Shown: one piece after another, positions 34,424 to 43,523 of the stretch
Layout of the letters: the number at the start of each line of letters is the position of its first letter
Position numbering within the stretch: the stretch's first letter is position 1
Assembly: GCA_963719785.1 (NCBI GenBank)
Contig: CAVRCX010000007.1
Span: 243,414-307,413 of the forward strand
Length of the DNA stretch: 64,000 bases
Direction of reading: 5' to 3'
Source: Terriglobia bacterium
Lineage (GTDB): Bacteria; Acidobacteriota; Terriglobia; Bryobacterales; Bryobacteraceae
Made by a program: the position numbers and the translations under genes
Notes under the pieces: model-generated
The model's database searches: none
Seen by the model: only the letters and a program-made list of their open reading frames with translations
Told to the model about the DNA's origin: nothing

Positions 34424-35629
34424 TTACAATGCCGCCACGCGACGCTGCACAAATAGAAAATACAATCCCAGAGTCAGCAGCGCAACGCCGTTAATCGAGA
34501 GGACGACGGGAGCCGTGAGCATGGGTACAAGATATCCCGTCAGAATGCTGCCGAACGGCATGCCGCCCCGGAAAGCCACGTTGTAGACGCTCATCACGCG
34601 GCCGCGCATTTCGTTAGCTGTGATCAATTGCACAAGTGAGCTGATCATGGCGAAGGCACACATGAGGACCGCGCCGGAGAAGAACAGAAGAACACAGCTG
34701 AGGGCGATGGATTTCGAGAGCGCGAAAGCGGTGATGCCCGCACCCAGCGCCACCAGCATCGAAAGCGCCAGCCGGCCTTTGTTGGGGATGTTGCCGATGG
34801 CGGCTACGCCCAGTGCGCCGGTGATCGATCCGAGGCCCGATGCGGCAAGGAAAAGCGTGTACGTCATCTCGTCCTTGTGAAATACGTTGCCGGTGAAAAC
34901 GGGAAGGAACGTGATCATGGGAATGGCCAGCGCGGTCATGCAGAATGCAATGACGATGAGGGTTTCCATGGCTCCCTGGGTGCGGATGAAGCGAATGCCC
35001 TGCTTCATGCTGGTCATGATCGATTCGCCGGTTTTGGCGGGTTTGAAGTTAATGTTGAGGCGCAGCAGGGAGATGATGACGGCGACGAAGGAGAGCGCGT
35101 TCAAGGCGAAACACCAGGCCGATCCGGCGTACTTGAGCGCCAGCCCGCCCAGCACGGGGCCGATGATACGGGCCAGATTGAACTGGATGGAATTGAGCGC
35201 GATTGCGTTGGGGAGATCTTCTTTTTCAACCAGGCTGGGCACCAGCGCCGAGTAGGCGGGTCCGCCGAAAGATTGGGCCGTTCCTACGACGAATGAAGAC
35301 ACCAGGATATGCCAGATGCGGATGTGCCCGGTGCCAATCAGGATGGCGAGGGTCAGGGCGGAAGTCATCTGCACCAGCTGCGATCCGATGAGCAGATGGC
35401 GGCGGTCCATACGGTCGGCAATCACGCCGCCGAAGAGCGAGAAAAGGAAAATGGGGATGTCCCCGAGGAAGGCATCGAGTCCCAGCAAAAAGGGCGATTT
35501 GGTGATCTCAAAAACCAGCCAGTTCTGCGCGATTTCCTGCATCCAGGTGCCGATGCTCGAAGTGCAGGCGCCGACCCACAGGAGCCGGAAGTCGCGGTAA
35601 TGGAAGGCCTTGAAGACGCGTCGCAGCAC
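34424..35629 (-). CDS. MFS transporter (EntS/enterobactin-exporter-like subfamily)
   Basis: 12 predicted transmembrane helices. FRLLWVGACTSSIGTWMQEIAQNWLV... and GGVIADRMDRR are MFS signatures. Confidence 0.85.
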   Translation of the reverse strand: MLRRVFKAFHYRDFRLLWVGACTSSIGTWMQEIAQNWLVFEITKSPFLLGLDAFLGDIPIFLFSLFGGVIADRMDRRHLLIGSQLVQMTSALTLAILIGTGHIRIWHILVSSFVVGTAQSFGGPAYSALVPSLVEKEDLPNAIALNSIQFNLARIIGPVLGGLALKYAGSAWCFALNALSFVAVIISLLRLNINFKPAKTGESIMTSMKQGIRFIRTQGAMETLIVIAFCMTALAIPMITFLPVFTGNVFHKDEMTYTLFLAASGLGSITGALGVAAIGNIPNKGRLALSMLVALGAGITAFALSKSIALSCVLLFFSGAVLMCAFAMISSLVQLITANEMRGRVMSVYNVAFRGGMPFGSILTGYLVPMLTAPVVLSINGVALLTLGLYFLFVQRRVAAL

Positions 35630-35646
35630 GATCGTTTTGGCGATCG

Positions 35647-36033
35647 CTACGGAAGCGGTTTTTCGCGCTGAATCAGATGGAGCAGGTTGCCATCGCGGTC
35701 GTTGAAGAAGACCAGGCGGTTGCCCATGGTTTCGAAAGGCTCGCCGACGAAATGGACGCCCTGGGCTTTCAGTTGCTGGTGGGCGGCGTCGAAATCGTCA
35801 CTGGCTATAGCGAGATGACGGATGCCTCCGTCTTTGTTGTTGGCGACGGTTTGCGGCGCGGCCAGCGGCCTCTCGGCGGGAATGATTTCGAGCATGGTGC
35901 CGTTGGGCGCCTTCACGAAATAATTGCCGGCGTAGGTGAAGTTGATGTGGAAGCCGAGGTGGTCGACGTACCACTCGGCAAGCTTCTGCGGATCGGGAGA
36001 AGAGATGGCGGTGTGCTCAAGGCCCTGGAACAT
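35647..36033 (-). CDS. VOC family (glyoxalase/bleomycin-resistance/dioxygenase fold) protein
   Basis: MFQGLEHTAISSPDPQKLAEWYVDHLGF...GIRHLAIASDDFDAAHQQLKAQGVHFVGEP. The true start is the Met at aa 56 of the listed ORF. Confidence 0.75.
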   Translation of the reverse strand: MFQGLEHTAISSPDPQKLAEWYVDHLGFHINFTYAGNYFVKAPNGTMLEIIPAERPLAAPQTVANNKDGGIRHLAIASDDFDAAHQQLKAQGVHFVGEPFETMGNRLVFFNDRDGNLLHLIQREKPLP

Positions 36034-36064
36034 AAGCAACGATTGTATCGCGGGCGGGTCGCGG

Positions 36065-36877
36065 CTAGCGGTCAAGGGACTCGATGGCGGCTTTGGTGTC
36101 GCGCAGCATCTTCTCGACAGCGTCATGAGTGCGTTTGGTTCCCCACCATGAGAAGCCCGTGACGTTGGGGCGCGAGAGGGAAATACTGTCGGCTGCAAGA
36201 TCGAGGCCGCCGTTGCTTTCGCGGGCGAACCAGTAGGTGTTGGTCCTCCACAGGAAGCCGTGATCGTCGCCTTCGGGATAAGTGCCCCCGGCCGGATTCT
36301 TGGCGTCGCGCCATTCTTTGATGCTCTCGGCGGTCGATCGCGTGGTCCAGCGGTTCTTGTCGAGCCTGCGGTAATGCACGTCGTAAAGCGTGTCGTAAGT
36401 GACGCTGATCCAGAGCGTGGTTTGCACGAGCAGAAGCTTGGCTTTGTAGTGGAGATCGTCCGGAGTGCTGTCCGGCTCTTTGATACCGCTGGACGCTCCG
36501 AGATCGGGTTTGAAGTATTTCGGATAGTTGGGATAATCCTGCATGATGCGGCTGATGGCGTCGATGGTGCCGCCTTTTACATGGATGGCGCCGGAGAAAT
36601 GATGGATGCTGCCATTGGCGACGTCCTCGTTTTCGCGCGGCTCGACCACAGTCTTGCCGGACTCGAAGGCCTCATGCTTACCGCAGCATTCGTTATCGAT
36701 CCAAAGCTTGCCGGAAGCGGCGAATTGCGCGGGCGCACCCTTTTCGAAATTGGCGATGTAATCCTCGAATGCCTTCAAGGTCAGGTTATCGAGATGAAGA
36801 GTCGGCAGGATGGAGGCGTGTAACGTGACGCAAAAAACTATGATAGCGGCGCACGCCTGCGCCAGGGAAAACCGCAT
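36065..36877 (-). CDS. Hypothetical secreted protein (270 aa)
   Basis: Signal peptide MRFSLAQACAAIIVFCVTLHA. No recognisable domain. It is divergent from the Tat-exported enolase-superfamily gene. Confidence 0.5.
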   Translation of the reverse strand: MRFSLAQACAAIIVFCVTLHASILPTLHLDNLTLKAFEDYIANFEKGAPAQFAASGKLWIDNECCGKHEAFESGKTVVEPRENEDVANGSIHHFSGAIHVKGGTIDAISRIMQDYPNYPKYFKPDLGASSGIKEPDSTPDDLHYKAKLLLVQTTLWISVTYDTLYDVHYRRLDKNRWTTRSTAESIKEWRDAKNPAGGTYPEGDDHGFLWRTNTYWFARESNGGLDLAADSISLSRPNVTGFSWWGTKRTHDAVEKMLRDTKAAIESLDR

Positions 36878-36914
36878 CTTTTAACTATAGCGGGTGCGAT
36901 AGAATTCGATTCAA

Positions 36915-38189
36915 ATGCCGAACATGCATCGCCGGAATTTCCTGGGGACTTCTGCCGCGGCCGCGGGTGGATTTCTGTTTTCGGGTGAGCACTGGAAAGC
37001 TGCCGCCGCGCTCAAGAACAAGGTGAAGATCACCGACGTGAAGTGCATGATCGTGCGCGGCACGTGGGACTGGAACCTGATCAAGGTCGAGACCGATCAG
37101 CCCGGACTATATGGCATCGGCGAGGCGTATTGGGGGCCGGGTGTGAAGGACCTGGTGCTCAATCAACTGAAGCAGTTCATCATTGGCGAAGATCCGCTGA
37201 ACGTGGACAAGCTCTACACGAAGATGCTGATGCGCAGCGCGGGTGCCGGGGCGATCGCCGGAGTTACAGTATCGGCGGCGAGCGGGATTGAAATCGCTCT
37301 GTGGGATCTGGCGGGGCGCATACTCGAAACGCCGGTGTGTAATCTGCTGGGCGGGAGGTTTCGCGACAGGGTGCGCTTCTACCGGACGAATTCGAAGCCT
37401 GCCGCGCATGTGGAAGACATGCAGTCGTGGAAAGATCAGGTGGCTGCTTCGCGCGCCGAGAAGTGGGGCTGGACGGCGTTTAAGTTTCAGGGCGACGGCA
37501 TTCCGCCTAACGCCGATCCGGGATTTCTGGAGCCTGGCCACGACCCTTACGCACGCAATCTGACGGCGAAGGATATTCGGCGCATTGTGAATGCGATGGA
37601 TACCGTGCGCGAGGCGCTGGGTCCGGATATCGATTTTGCCATCGAATGCCACTGGCGCTATGACGTACGTGATGTGATCACGCTGGCGAATGCGCTGGAA
37701 CACGTGAAGCCGATGTGGCTGGAAGATCCGGTGCCGCCCGACAATATCGAGGCCATGGCGCGGGTGACTCATGCGGTGAACGTGCCGGTCTGCACGGGCG
37801 AGAATCTGTATACGCGACAGGGGTTCAGGCCTCTGATCGAGCAGCAGGCAACTTCGGGAGTACATATCGACATTCCAAAATCGGGCGGATTACTGGAAGC
37901 CAAGCGCATTTCGGATCTGGCCGAGATGTATTACATCTGGACGGCGGCGCATAATCCGGCCAGCCCGCTGGGGACGATCGCGAGCGTGCATGCGGCGGCT
38001 TCAATGCGCGAGTTTCGGGTGCATGAGTTGGCGAATTATATCGACTGGTGGCCGGATCTGGTGATCAAAGAGGGGCCGTTCTGGGAGAAGGGGTATTTCA
38101 CCATTCAGGACAAGCCGGGGTACGGGGTGGAGATTAATCCGGATGTGGCGCGGGCGCATCTGGCGCCGGGCGAAGTGTGGTGGGGTTGA
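36915..38189 (+). CDS. Enolase-superfamily enzyme (mandelate racemase / muconate lactonising enzyme, dehydratase-like) with a twin-arginine signal peptide
   Basis: The Tat motif RRNFLGTSAAAAGG. MR/MLE signatures ...KVKITDVKCMIV...GIGEAYWG... and the metal-ligand region ...IDFAIECHWRYDV...WLEDPV... Confidence 0.8.
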   Translation: MPNMHRRNFLGTSAAAAGGFLFSGEHWKAAAALKNKVKITDVKCMIVRGTWDWNLIKVETDQPGLYGIGEAYWGPGVKDLVLNQLKQFIIGEDPLNVDKLYTKMLMRSAGAGAIAGVTVSAASGIEIALWDLAGRILETPVCNLLGGRFRDRVRFYRTNSKPAAHVEDMQSWKDQVAASRAEKWGWTAFKFQGDGIPPNADPGFLEPGHDPYARNLTAKDIRRIVNAMDTVREALGPDIDFAIECHWRYDVRDVITLANALEHVKPMWLEDPVPPDNIEAMARVTHAVNVPVCTGENLYTRQGFRPLIEQQATSGVHIDIPKSGGLLEAKRISDLAEMYYIWTAAHNPASPLGTIASVHAAASMREFRVHELANYIDWWPDLVIKEGPFWEKGYFTIQDKPGYGVEINPDVARAHLAPGEVWWG

Positions 38190-38686
38190 TGCACGTCTCG
38201 CTCGCCGAATACCTTCACACGAGCTACCGGCCGGATTGCGATTATCTGGAAGGCGTGCTGTTGGAACGGAATGTGGGCGAATGGGACCATGGCCGGCTCC
38301 AGGTTCTGTTGGGCAGTTTTCTTCTGGACAGGGAAAGCCAGTGGGGAATTCTTGTGGTGCCTTCGCAGCGCGTTCAGGTGGCCGCGCAGCGCGTTCGGGT
38401 TCCCGACCTTACAGTTTTGAAAGGCGCACGTCCGGCTGGGGGAATCGTTACAGAGCCTCCGTTCCTGTGTATCGAAATTCTGTCGCCGGCCGATCGGGTG
38501 GAGGAGATGCAGGAGAGAATCGACGACTATCTTCGCTTTGGCGTGCAGTACGTCTGGGTGACCGATCCTCGCACGCGCCATGGGCACATTTACACGACCG
38601 CGGGAATTCACGGCGTGAGAGAAGGCGTCTTCACAACCAAAGATCCGGACATATCGGTAAGGCTATCGGAGTTCGAATCGTGGTGA
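38189..38686 (+). CDS. Uma2-family endonuclease (DUF820, restriction-endonuclease-like fold)
   Basis: MHVSLAEYLHTSYRPDCDYLEGVLLERNVGEWDHGRLQ...PPFLCIEILSPADRVEEMQERIDDYLRFGVQYVWVTDP carries the Uma2 E-xK core. Its ATG overlaps the preceding TGA. Confidence 0.75.
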   Translation: MHVSLAEYLHTSYRPDCDYLEGVLLERNVGEWDHGRLQVLLGSFLLDRESQWGILVVPSQRVQVAAQRVRVPDLTVLKGARPAGGIVTEPPFLCIEILSPADRVEEMQERIDDYLRFGVQYVWVTDPRTRHGHIYTTAGIHGVREGVFTTKDPDISVRLSEFESW

Positions 38687-38712
38687 GTGGGTCTAAGTTC
38701 AGCCATGGGTGG

Positions 38713-38952
38713 ATGTCCGATACGCATCCCGAAGCGCTCCGCGTTTTTCTGGAGATTCAGGGACGGATGACCGCGGAACAAAAGCTGCGCCGCATCGTCG
38801 AAATGTTCGAGACAATCACAGCGGCGCAGATGGCCGAGGTCCGGCGTTTGCATCCTGAAGCGGACGATCGGGAGGTTTTCCTGCGCGTCACTGCGCGGCG
38901 GCTGGGGCCCGAGATCATGAAGAAGGTTTACGGATGGCCGTCGGGTGTTTGA
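38713..38952 (+). CDS. Small hypothetical protein (79 aa) overlapping the downstream nucleotidyltransferase gene by 8 bp. Candidate cognate or antitoxin-like partner.
   Basis: MSDTHPEALRVFLEIQGRMTAEQKLRRIVEMFETITAAQMAEVRRLHPEADDREVFLRVTARRLGPEIMKKVYGWP. Predicted helical. Translationally coupled to the nucleotidyltransferase. Confidence 0.4.
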   Translation: MSDTHPEALRVFLEIQGRMTAEQKLRRIVEMFETITAAQMAEVRRLHPEADDREVFLRVTARRLGPEIMKKVYGWPSGV

Positions 38953-39523
38953 AGCAGTAGCCGGCTTGCTGCAGGCCCTTGACGAACTGGGAATCCGCTA
39001 TTATGCGGGCGGTTCGGTGGCCAGTTCGATTCACGGAATTGCGCGTTATACCCAGGACGTCGATATCGTGGCCGAACTGCGGCCGGAACAGACGCATGGT
39101 CTGGCTGCCAGGCTCGGTTCCGCCTTCTACGCCGACGAAGGGCAGATGCGGGATGCGCTTCGCTTCGGTCGCTCATTCAACGTGATCCACTTCGCCAGCG
39201 GATTCAAGATCGATATTTTTCCTATGCAAAAGGACGCGTTCCACGCCGGTGAATTGTCCCGTTCGGAGCGGAAGGTGTGGCACATGGACGCGGAGAGCAG
39301 CGTCGAGATCGTCGCTGCCAGCGCGGAGGATACCATTCTGGAGAAGCTTATCTGGTACAAGCGGGGCGGTGGGATTTCGGATCGCCAGTGGAGCGATGTG
39401 CTGGGTGTCGTCGCCAGCCGCCCGGTAGATTGGGCGTATCTGCGGGAGTGGGCGCCTACTCTGGGTGTGGCCGAATTGCTGGAGCGGGTCTTCGCGGAAG
39501 TGCGTCCTATTTTGCCCGAATGA
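38945..39523 (+). CDS. Nucleotidyltransferase-fold protein (AbiEii / minimal-nucleotidyltransferase-like)
   Basis: [21 protein letters not shown] matches the hG[GS]...[DE]hDh motif of the polymerase-beta nucleotidyltransferase superfamily and the GG[ST]AL..HG..R.S.D.D pattern of AbiEii. Confidence 0.6.
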   Translation: MFEAVAGLLQALDELGIRYYAGGSVASSIHGIARYTQDVDIVAELRPEQTHGLAARLGSAFYADEGQMRDALRFGRSFNVIHFASGFKIDIFPMQKDAFHAGELSRSERKVWHMDAESSVEIVAASAEDTILEKLIWYKRGGGISDRQWSDVLGVVASRPVDWAYLREWAPTLGVAELLERVFAEVRPILPE

Positions 39524-40109
39524 GCGACAGGAACTCGTCGCGCGTTTCTTTGTTTTTTCGGAAGGCTCCCAGCATGGCGCTCGTGACGGTGCCGGAATGC
39601 TGTTTTTCCACTCCCCGCATCATCATGCAGAAATGCTGCGCTTCGGCCACCACGGCCACGCCCTGAGGGTCGAGCGTTTCCTGGATGCACTCGGCGATCT
39701 GCTGCGTCATGCGCTCCTGAATCTGCAGGCGGCGCGCGAACGCGTCTACGATGCGGGGCAGTTTGCTTAGCCCGATTACGTGATCCCTGGCGATGTAGGC
39801 GATGTGCACTTTGCCGTAGAAGGGCAGCATGTGGTGCTCGCACAGGCTGAAGAATTCGATGTCCTTAACGATCACCATTTCGTCGTACTTCACGGCGAAG
39901 ACGGCATCGTTGACGATCTTCTTGATGTCCGTCGTGTACCCGCTGGTGAGAAATCGCAGCGCCTTCTCGACGCGATCCGGTGTGCGCAGGAGGCCGTCGC
40001 GTTTGGGATCCTCCCCGAGGGCCTCGATGACGCCCTCGATGAGGGGCGCGAACGGCTTGTCGGCCGGTTTCGGCGAGATCATCTTTACGACGGCGCGCTT
40101 TCTATTCAT
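39507..40109 (-). CDS. folE: GTP cyclohydrolase I
   Basis: ...[52 protein letters not shown]... with the CEHH zinc motif. The true start is the Met at aa 88 of the listed ORF. Confidence 0.9.
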   Translation of the reverse strand: MNRKRAVVKMISPKPADKPFAPLIEGVIEALGEDPKRDGLLRTPDRVEKALRFLTSGYTTDIKKIVNDAVFAVKYDEMVIVKDIEFFSLCEHHMLPFYGKVHIAYIARDHVIGLSKLPRIVDAFARRLQIQERMTQQIAECIQETLDPQGVAVVAEAQHFCMMMRGVEKQHSGTVTSAMLGAFRKNKETRDEFLSLIRAK

Positions 40110-40557
40110 AGTCCGATAACTCACAGATGTTACGGTCGGTCTCGTGGATGCGAACCTTTTCGAGCTCGGGTCCGGGGTTACTGAACACGCTGGGCCAGAC
40201 GGACCGCAAGCGGCGGTCCACTTCAGTCGCCAGGTTCTCGGTGGTGGGGACGGCTTCCCGGAACGCATCCACCTCGGCATTGAGGTCCCGGTAGCGGAAG
40301 GGCGCAAGGAACTGATCCTCCGCAAGTTGATCCAGTGCAAAGAGATCCACCACACGCCCGGTGACGGCATCCACTGGTCCGCGAACGGTCAGTTCCACCT
40401 CGTAGTTATGCCCGTGGCCATGCGGATTGTCGCATTTTCCGTACAACGCGCGATTTTCCGCATCGCTAAGCGCCGGCGAGTGCAGGCGGTGGGACGCCGG
40501 AAACGTATAGCGTTTGGTCAGGCGAACCCTCACTTCCCACCCCGATACTCGGCGCAC
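40102..40557 (-). CDS. queD: 6-carboxy-5,6,7,8-tetrahydropterin synthase / 6-pyruvoyl-tetrahydropterin synthase family (QueD-like), paralog 1
   Basis: ...[42 protein letters not shown]... with the CxxxHGH catalytic motif. It overlaps the folE start. Confidence 0.8.
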   Translation of the reverse strand: MRRVSGWEVRVRLTKRYTFPASHRLHSPALSDAENRALYGKCDNPHGHGHNYEVELTVRGPVDAVTGRVVDLFALDQLAEDQFLAPFRYRDLNAEVDAFREAVPTTENLATEVDRRLRSVWPSVFSNPGPELEKVRIHETDRNICELSDYE

Positions 40558-40946
40558 AGGTCGCTGGTTTCATGGACGCGCACGGAGTAAAGGCGGGCGC
40601 TCCCCGTCAAGTCGATTATCGGTTCGATGCGATCCCAGATATCGATCGCGATGTTCTCTACAGTAGGAACGATGCGGTCGAAGGGCGCGACTTCGCGGTT
40701 CAGTAGCCGGTGATCGTAGACGTTCAGAACTTTTTCTTCAAGGATGTCCTTGAGACGTTTCAGATCGAGAATCATGCCGGTCACGGGATCCGGCCGGCCT
40801 TCGATGGCCACTTCCACCACGTAATTATGGCCGTGCCCCAGCGGGTTGGCAGCCGCTCCGTAGACGCGTTCGTTCTCGGCCGCGGAGAGTTGGGGCGAGC
40901 GGCAGATGTGCGACGCGGAAAACCCGACCTTCTTGGAAATAATCAT
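40530..40946 (-). CDS. 6-pyruvoyl-tetrahydropterin synthase family protein, paralog 2
   Basis: ...FSASHICRSPQLSAAENERVYGAAANPLGHGHNYVVEVAIEG... It sits in tandem with paralog 1 and overlaps it. Confidence 0.8.
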   Translation of the reverse strand: MIISKKVGFSASHICRSPQLSAAENERVYGAAANPLGHGHNYVVEVAIEGRPDPVTGMILDLKRLKDILEEKVLNVYDHRLLNREVAPFDRIVPTVENIAIDIWDRIEPIIDLTGSARLYSVRVHETSDLCAEYRGGK

Positions 40947-40996
40947 GGAAGAGATTGTGGTGACGCTCCGTCCGATAGAATTATAGGAAACAGCAC

Positions 40997-41524
40997 ATGA
41001 CCTCCCGCCGCAGCATTTTCGATATGATCCCGCAGGCCATCCTTGCCCTTATGATGGTGGCGTTTGGCGTGGCCCTTTATACATCGCTCCACGAGACTGT
41101 CGTCAACGCGGGCGACAAGGCCCCCAACTTCAGTATCGTCGCCGATAACGGCAAGCAGATCACGGCGCGCGAATTCGGCGGCAAACTGCTGCTGCTTAAT
41201 TTCTGGGCCACATGGTGCCCTCCCTGCATCGAGGAGCTTCCGGGGTTGAACGAGATGGCGCGGGAGCTGGGCCCAAAGGGGCTGGTGATTCTGGGCGTCA
41301 GCGTGGATAAGGACGAGAATGTTTACAAACAGTTCCTCGCGAGGAACCCCATGTCGTTCCTGACGGCGCACGATCCGGCGGAGAAGATCAATCTCAGCTA
41401 CGGCACGATACAGTATCCGGAGAGCTATCTGATCGACCGGAACGGCAAGGTGATCGAGAAATATATTTCGTCGCAGGCCTGGGCGTCGCCCCAGATGATC
41501 CAACATGTCCAGTCCCTCCTTTGA
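40997..41524 (+). CDS. TlpA-like thiol:disulfide oxidoreductase (thioredoxin fold, membrane-anchored)
   Basis: An N-terminal transmembrane helix and the WCPPC active site (LLLNFWATWCPPCIEELP). Confidence 0.85.
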   Translation: MTSRRSIFDMIPQAILALMMVAFGVALYTSLHETVVNAGDKAPNFSIVADNGKQITAREFGGKLLLLNFWATWCPPCIEELPGLNEMARELGPKGLVILGVSVDKDENVYKQFLARNPMSFLTAHDPAEKINLSYGTIQYPESYLIDRNGKVIEKYISSQAWASPQMIQHVQSLL

Positions 41525-42989
41525 AGTTGCGGTTGAACCCGAACTGTTCGAACACCACACGGTGCCGGCGGCGGTAAAGAAACGCATCGCCGCGATCGTC
41601 GGCCCGAAGGGCTATCTCGACCGGCCCGAAGACATGTCGCTCTACGAATACGATGGCAGCGTGGATAAGGCGCGGCCCGCCATGGTGGTGTTTCCGCGCA
41701 CGACTGAGGATGTGGCGGCGATCGTTAAGATCACCGCCGAAAATGGCATTCCTATCGTGGGGCGCGGGGCCGGCACCGGATTGAGTGGAGGCGCCATTCC
41801 GCGGGCGGGCGGCGTCACCATCGGCTTTGCACGCATGAACCGGATTCTCGAGATCGATCTCGAGAACGAGCGCATGGTCGTCCAGCCGGGGGTGGTGAAT
41901 CTCGATATGTCGCTGGCGGTGCAGGGCCTGGGGTATTTCTTTGCGCCCGACCCATCGAGCCAGCGCGCCTGCACCATTGGCGGCAACGTTTCCGAGAACT
42001 CAGGCGGACCGCACACGCTGGCGTACGGGGTGACAACGAACCATGTGCTGGGTCTGGAATTCGTTTTGCCGGATGGCACCGTTCACACCACTGGCGGCAA
42101 AGAGCCGGATAGCCCCGGGTACGATCTGGTTGGCTTGTTGACGGGCTCCGAGGGCACCATGGTGCTGGTGACCAAGGTCATCGTGCGGCTGATGCGGCAG
42201 CCGGAAAAGATTAAGACCATCCTGGCGATTTACAACGACGCTTCGGATGCCGCGGATACGGTGGCCGAGGTTACCGCGCGGGCGATTACGCCGGTGGCCG
42301 TGGAGATGCTGGATGGCACTATGCTGCGCATGGTGGAGGAAGCCACGCATGCCGGCTATCCCATGGATGCCGCCGCCGTGCTGCTGATTGAGCTTGAAGG
42401 GCTGGTGGAAGCGGTTGAGGAGCAGACCGAGCAAATTCGCCAGGCTTGCGAGGGCTGCGGCGCGCGGGAGTTTCGTGTCGCGCAGACGGCTGAAGAGCGC
42501 GATCTGCTGTGGAAGGGCCGCAAAAACGCTTTCGGTGCGGTAGGACGCGTGAGTCCGTCGTACTACGTGCAGGACGGCGTGGTGCCGCGTACCCAGGTAG
42601 CGCCGACTCTGCGCTTCATCGCGGAGGTTTCGAAAAAGCACAATCTGGGGATCAGCAATATATTCCACGCGGGCGACGGGAATATGCATCCGATTATTCT
42701 GTTCAATTCGCACGTGCCGGGAGAGTTGGAGCGGGCGAAGGCGGCGGGCGAAGACATTCTGGCGTATTGCATCTCGGTGGGCGGGTCGATAACCGGAGAG
42801 CATGGCGTCGGCATGGAGAAAAACGAGATGATGGCCAAGCTTTTTTCGGCCGATTCGCTGGATTATATCGGGCGGTTTAAGACTTTTTTCGATCCGGCGG
42901 GATTGCTGAATCCGGGTAAGGTGCTGCCCACGGGGCGCGGATGCCTGGAGATACGGCAGGGTCCTTTGCGGCCCGCGAATACGATGTAG
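41505..42989 (+). CDS. FAD-linked oxidase (GlcD / D-lactate dehydrogenase-like)
   Basis: An FAD_binding_4 domain (...VVFPRTTEDVAAIVKITAENGIPIVGRGAGTGLSGGA...) and a C-terminal FAD-oxidase domain. Confidence 0.85.
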   Translation: MSSPSFEVAVEPELFEHHTVPAAVKKRIAAIVGPKGYLDRPEDMSLYEYDGSVDKARPAMVVFPRTTEDVAAIVKITAENGIPIVGRGAGTGLSGGAIPRAGGVTIGFARMNRILEIDLENERMVVQPGVVNLDMSLAVQGLGYFFAPDPSSQRACTIGGNVSENSGGPHTLAYGVTTNHVLGLEFVLPDGTVHTTGGKEPDSPGYDLVGLLTGSEGTMVLVTKVIVRLMRQPEKIKTILAIYNDASDAADTVAEVTARAITPVAVEMLDGTMLRMVEEATHAGYPMDAAAVLLIELEGLVEAVEEQTEQIRQACEGCGAREFRVAQTAEERDLLWKGRKNAFGAVGRVSPSYYVQDGVVPRTQVAPTLRFIAEVSKKHNLGISNIFHAGDGNMHPIILFNSHVPGELERAKAAGEDILAYCISVGGSITGEHGVGMEKNEMMAKLFSADSLDYIGRFKTFFDPAGLLNPGKVLPTGRGCLEIRQGPLRPANTM

Positions 42990-42996
42990 GTGTCCT

Positions 42997-43419
42997 ATGC
43001 GCGGACCCCTCTGCCTGGCCCTGTATCTGACCCTGGCTTCAACCTTGCCTGGGCGGGAAGCCGGCCTCGAGGCTCGATCCAGCGAGGGGGCTCGATCCAG
43101 CCGGGAGGCTCGATGGCGCGAGGATATAGATGCGTTCGTCCGGGGCCTTTCCGCGGAGGGAACAACCGTCGACCTGGAGCGCGGCATCTCCAGCCGTGGG
43201 CAGAAAGATTTCGGCAAACTCTACCCCAGGGAGAAATTCGACCCGGCCATCGCCTCGCTGAAGCAGAATCTTCCGACCCTGAGCGATGCCGAAATCGTGC
43301 TTCGTCTCACTCAAAACTGGTTGTTCGATATACATCCAAGTACTTTGGCGGATCGACGGACATGGATGCTCCCTCGCTCATGCCCGACATTGCGGCACCG
43401 CTGGCGCTGGGCGATTTAA
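42997..43419 (+). CDS. Hypothetical protein (140 aa), possibly secreted
   Basis: The ORF between glcD-like and ubiA-like has a hydrophobic N-terminus MRGPLCLALYLTLASTL. No recognisable domain. Weak call. Confidence 0.3.
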   Translation: MRGPLCLALYLTLASTLPGREAGLEARSSEGARSSREARWREDIDAFVRGLSAEGTTVDLERGISSRGQKDFGKLYPREKFDPAIASLKQNLPTLSDAEIVLRLTQNWLFDIHPSTLADRRTWMLPRSCPTLRHRWRWAI

Positions 43420-43523
43420 TGGCAGGGCGCGACCCGGCACTCAGCGCCGTGCTCGAAGCCAAATAGACCTTGCTGGATAGTCTTCGGTAAAATAGTGATT
43501 TCCCTCCGCTGTCCACAGGAGCC

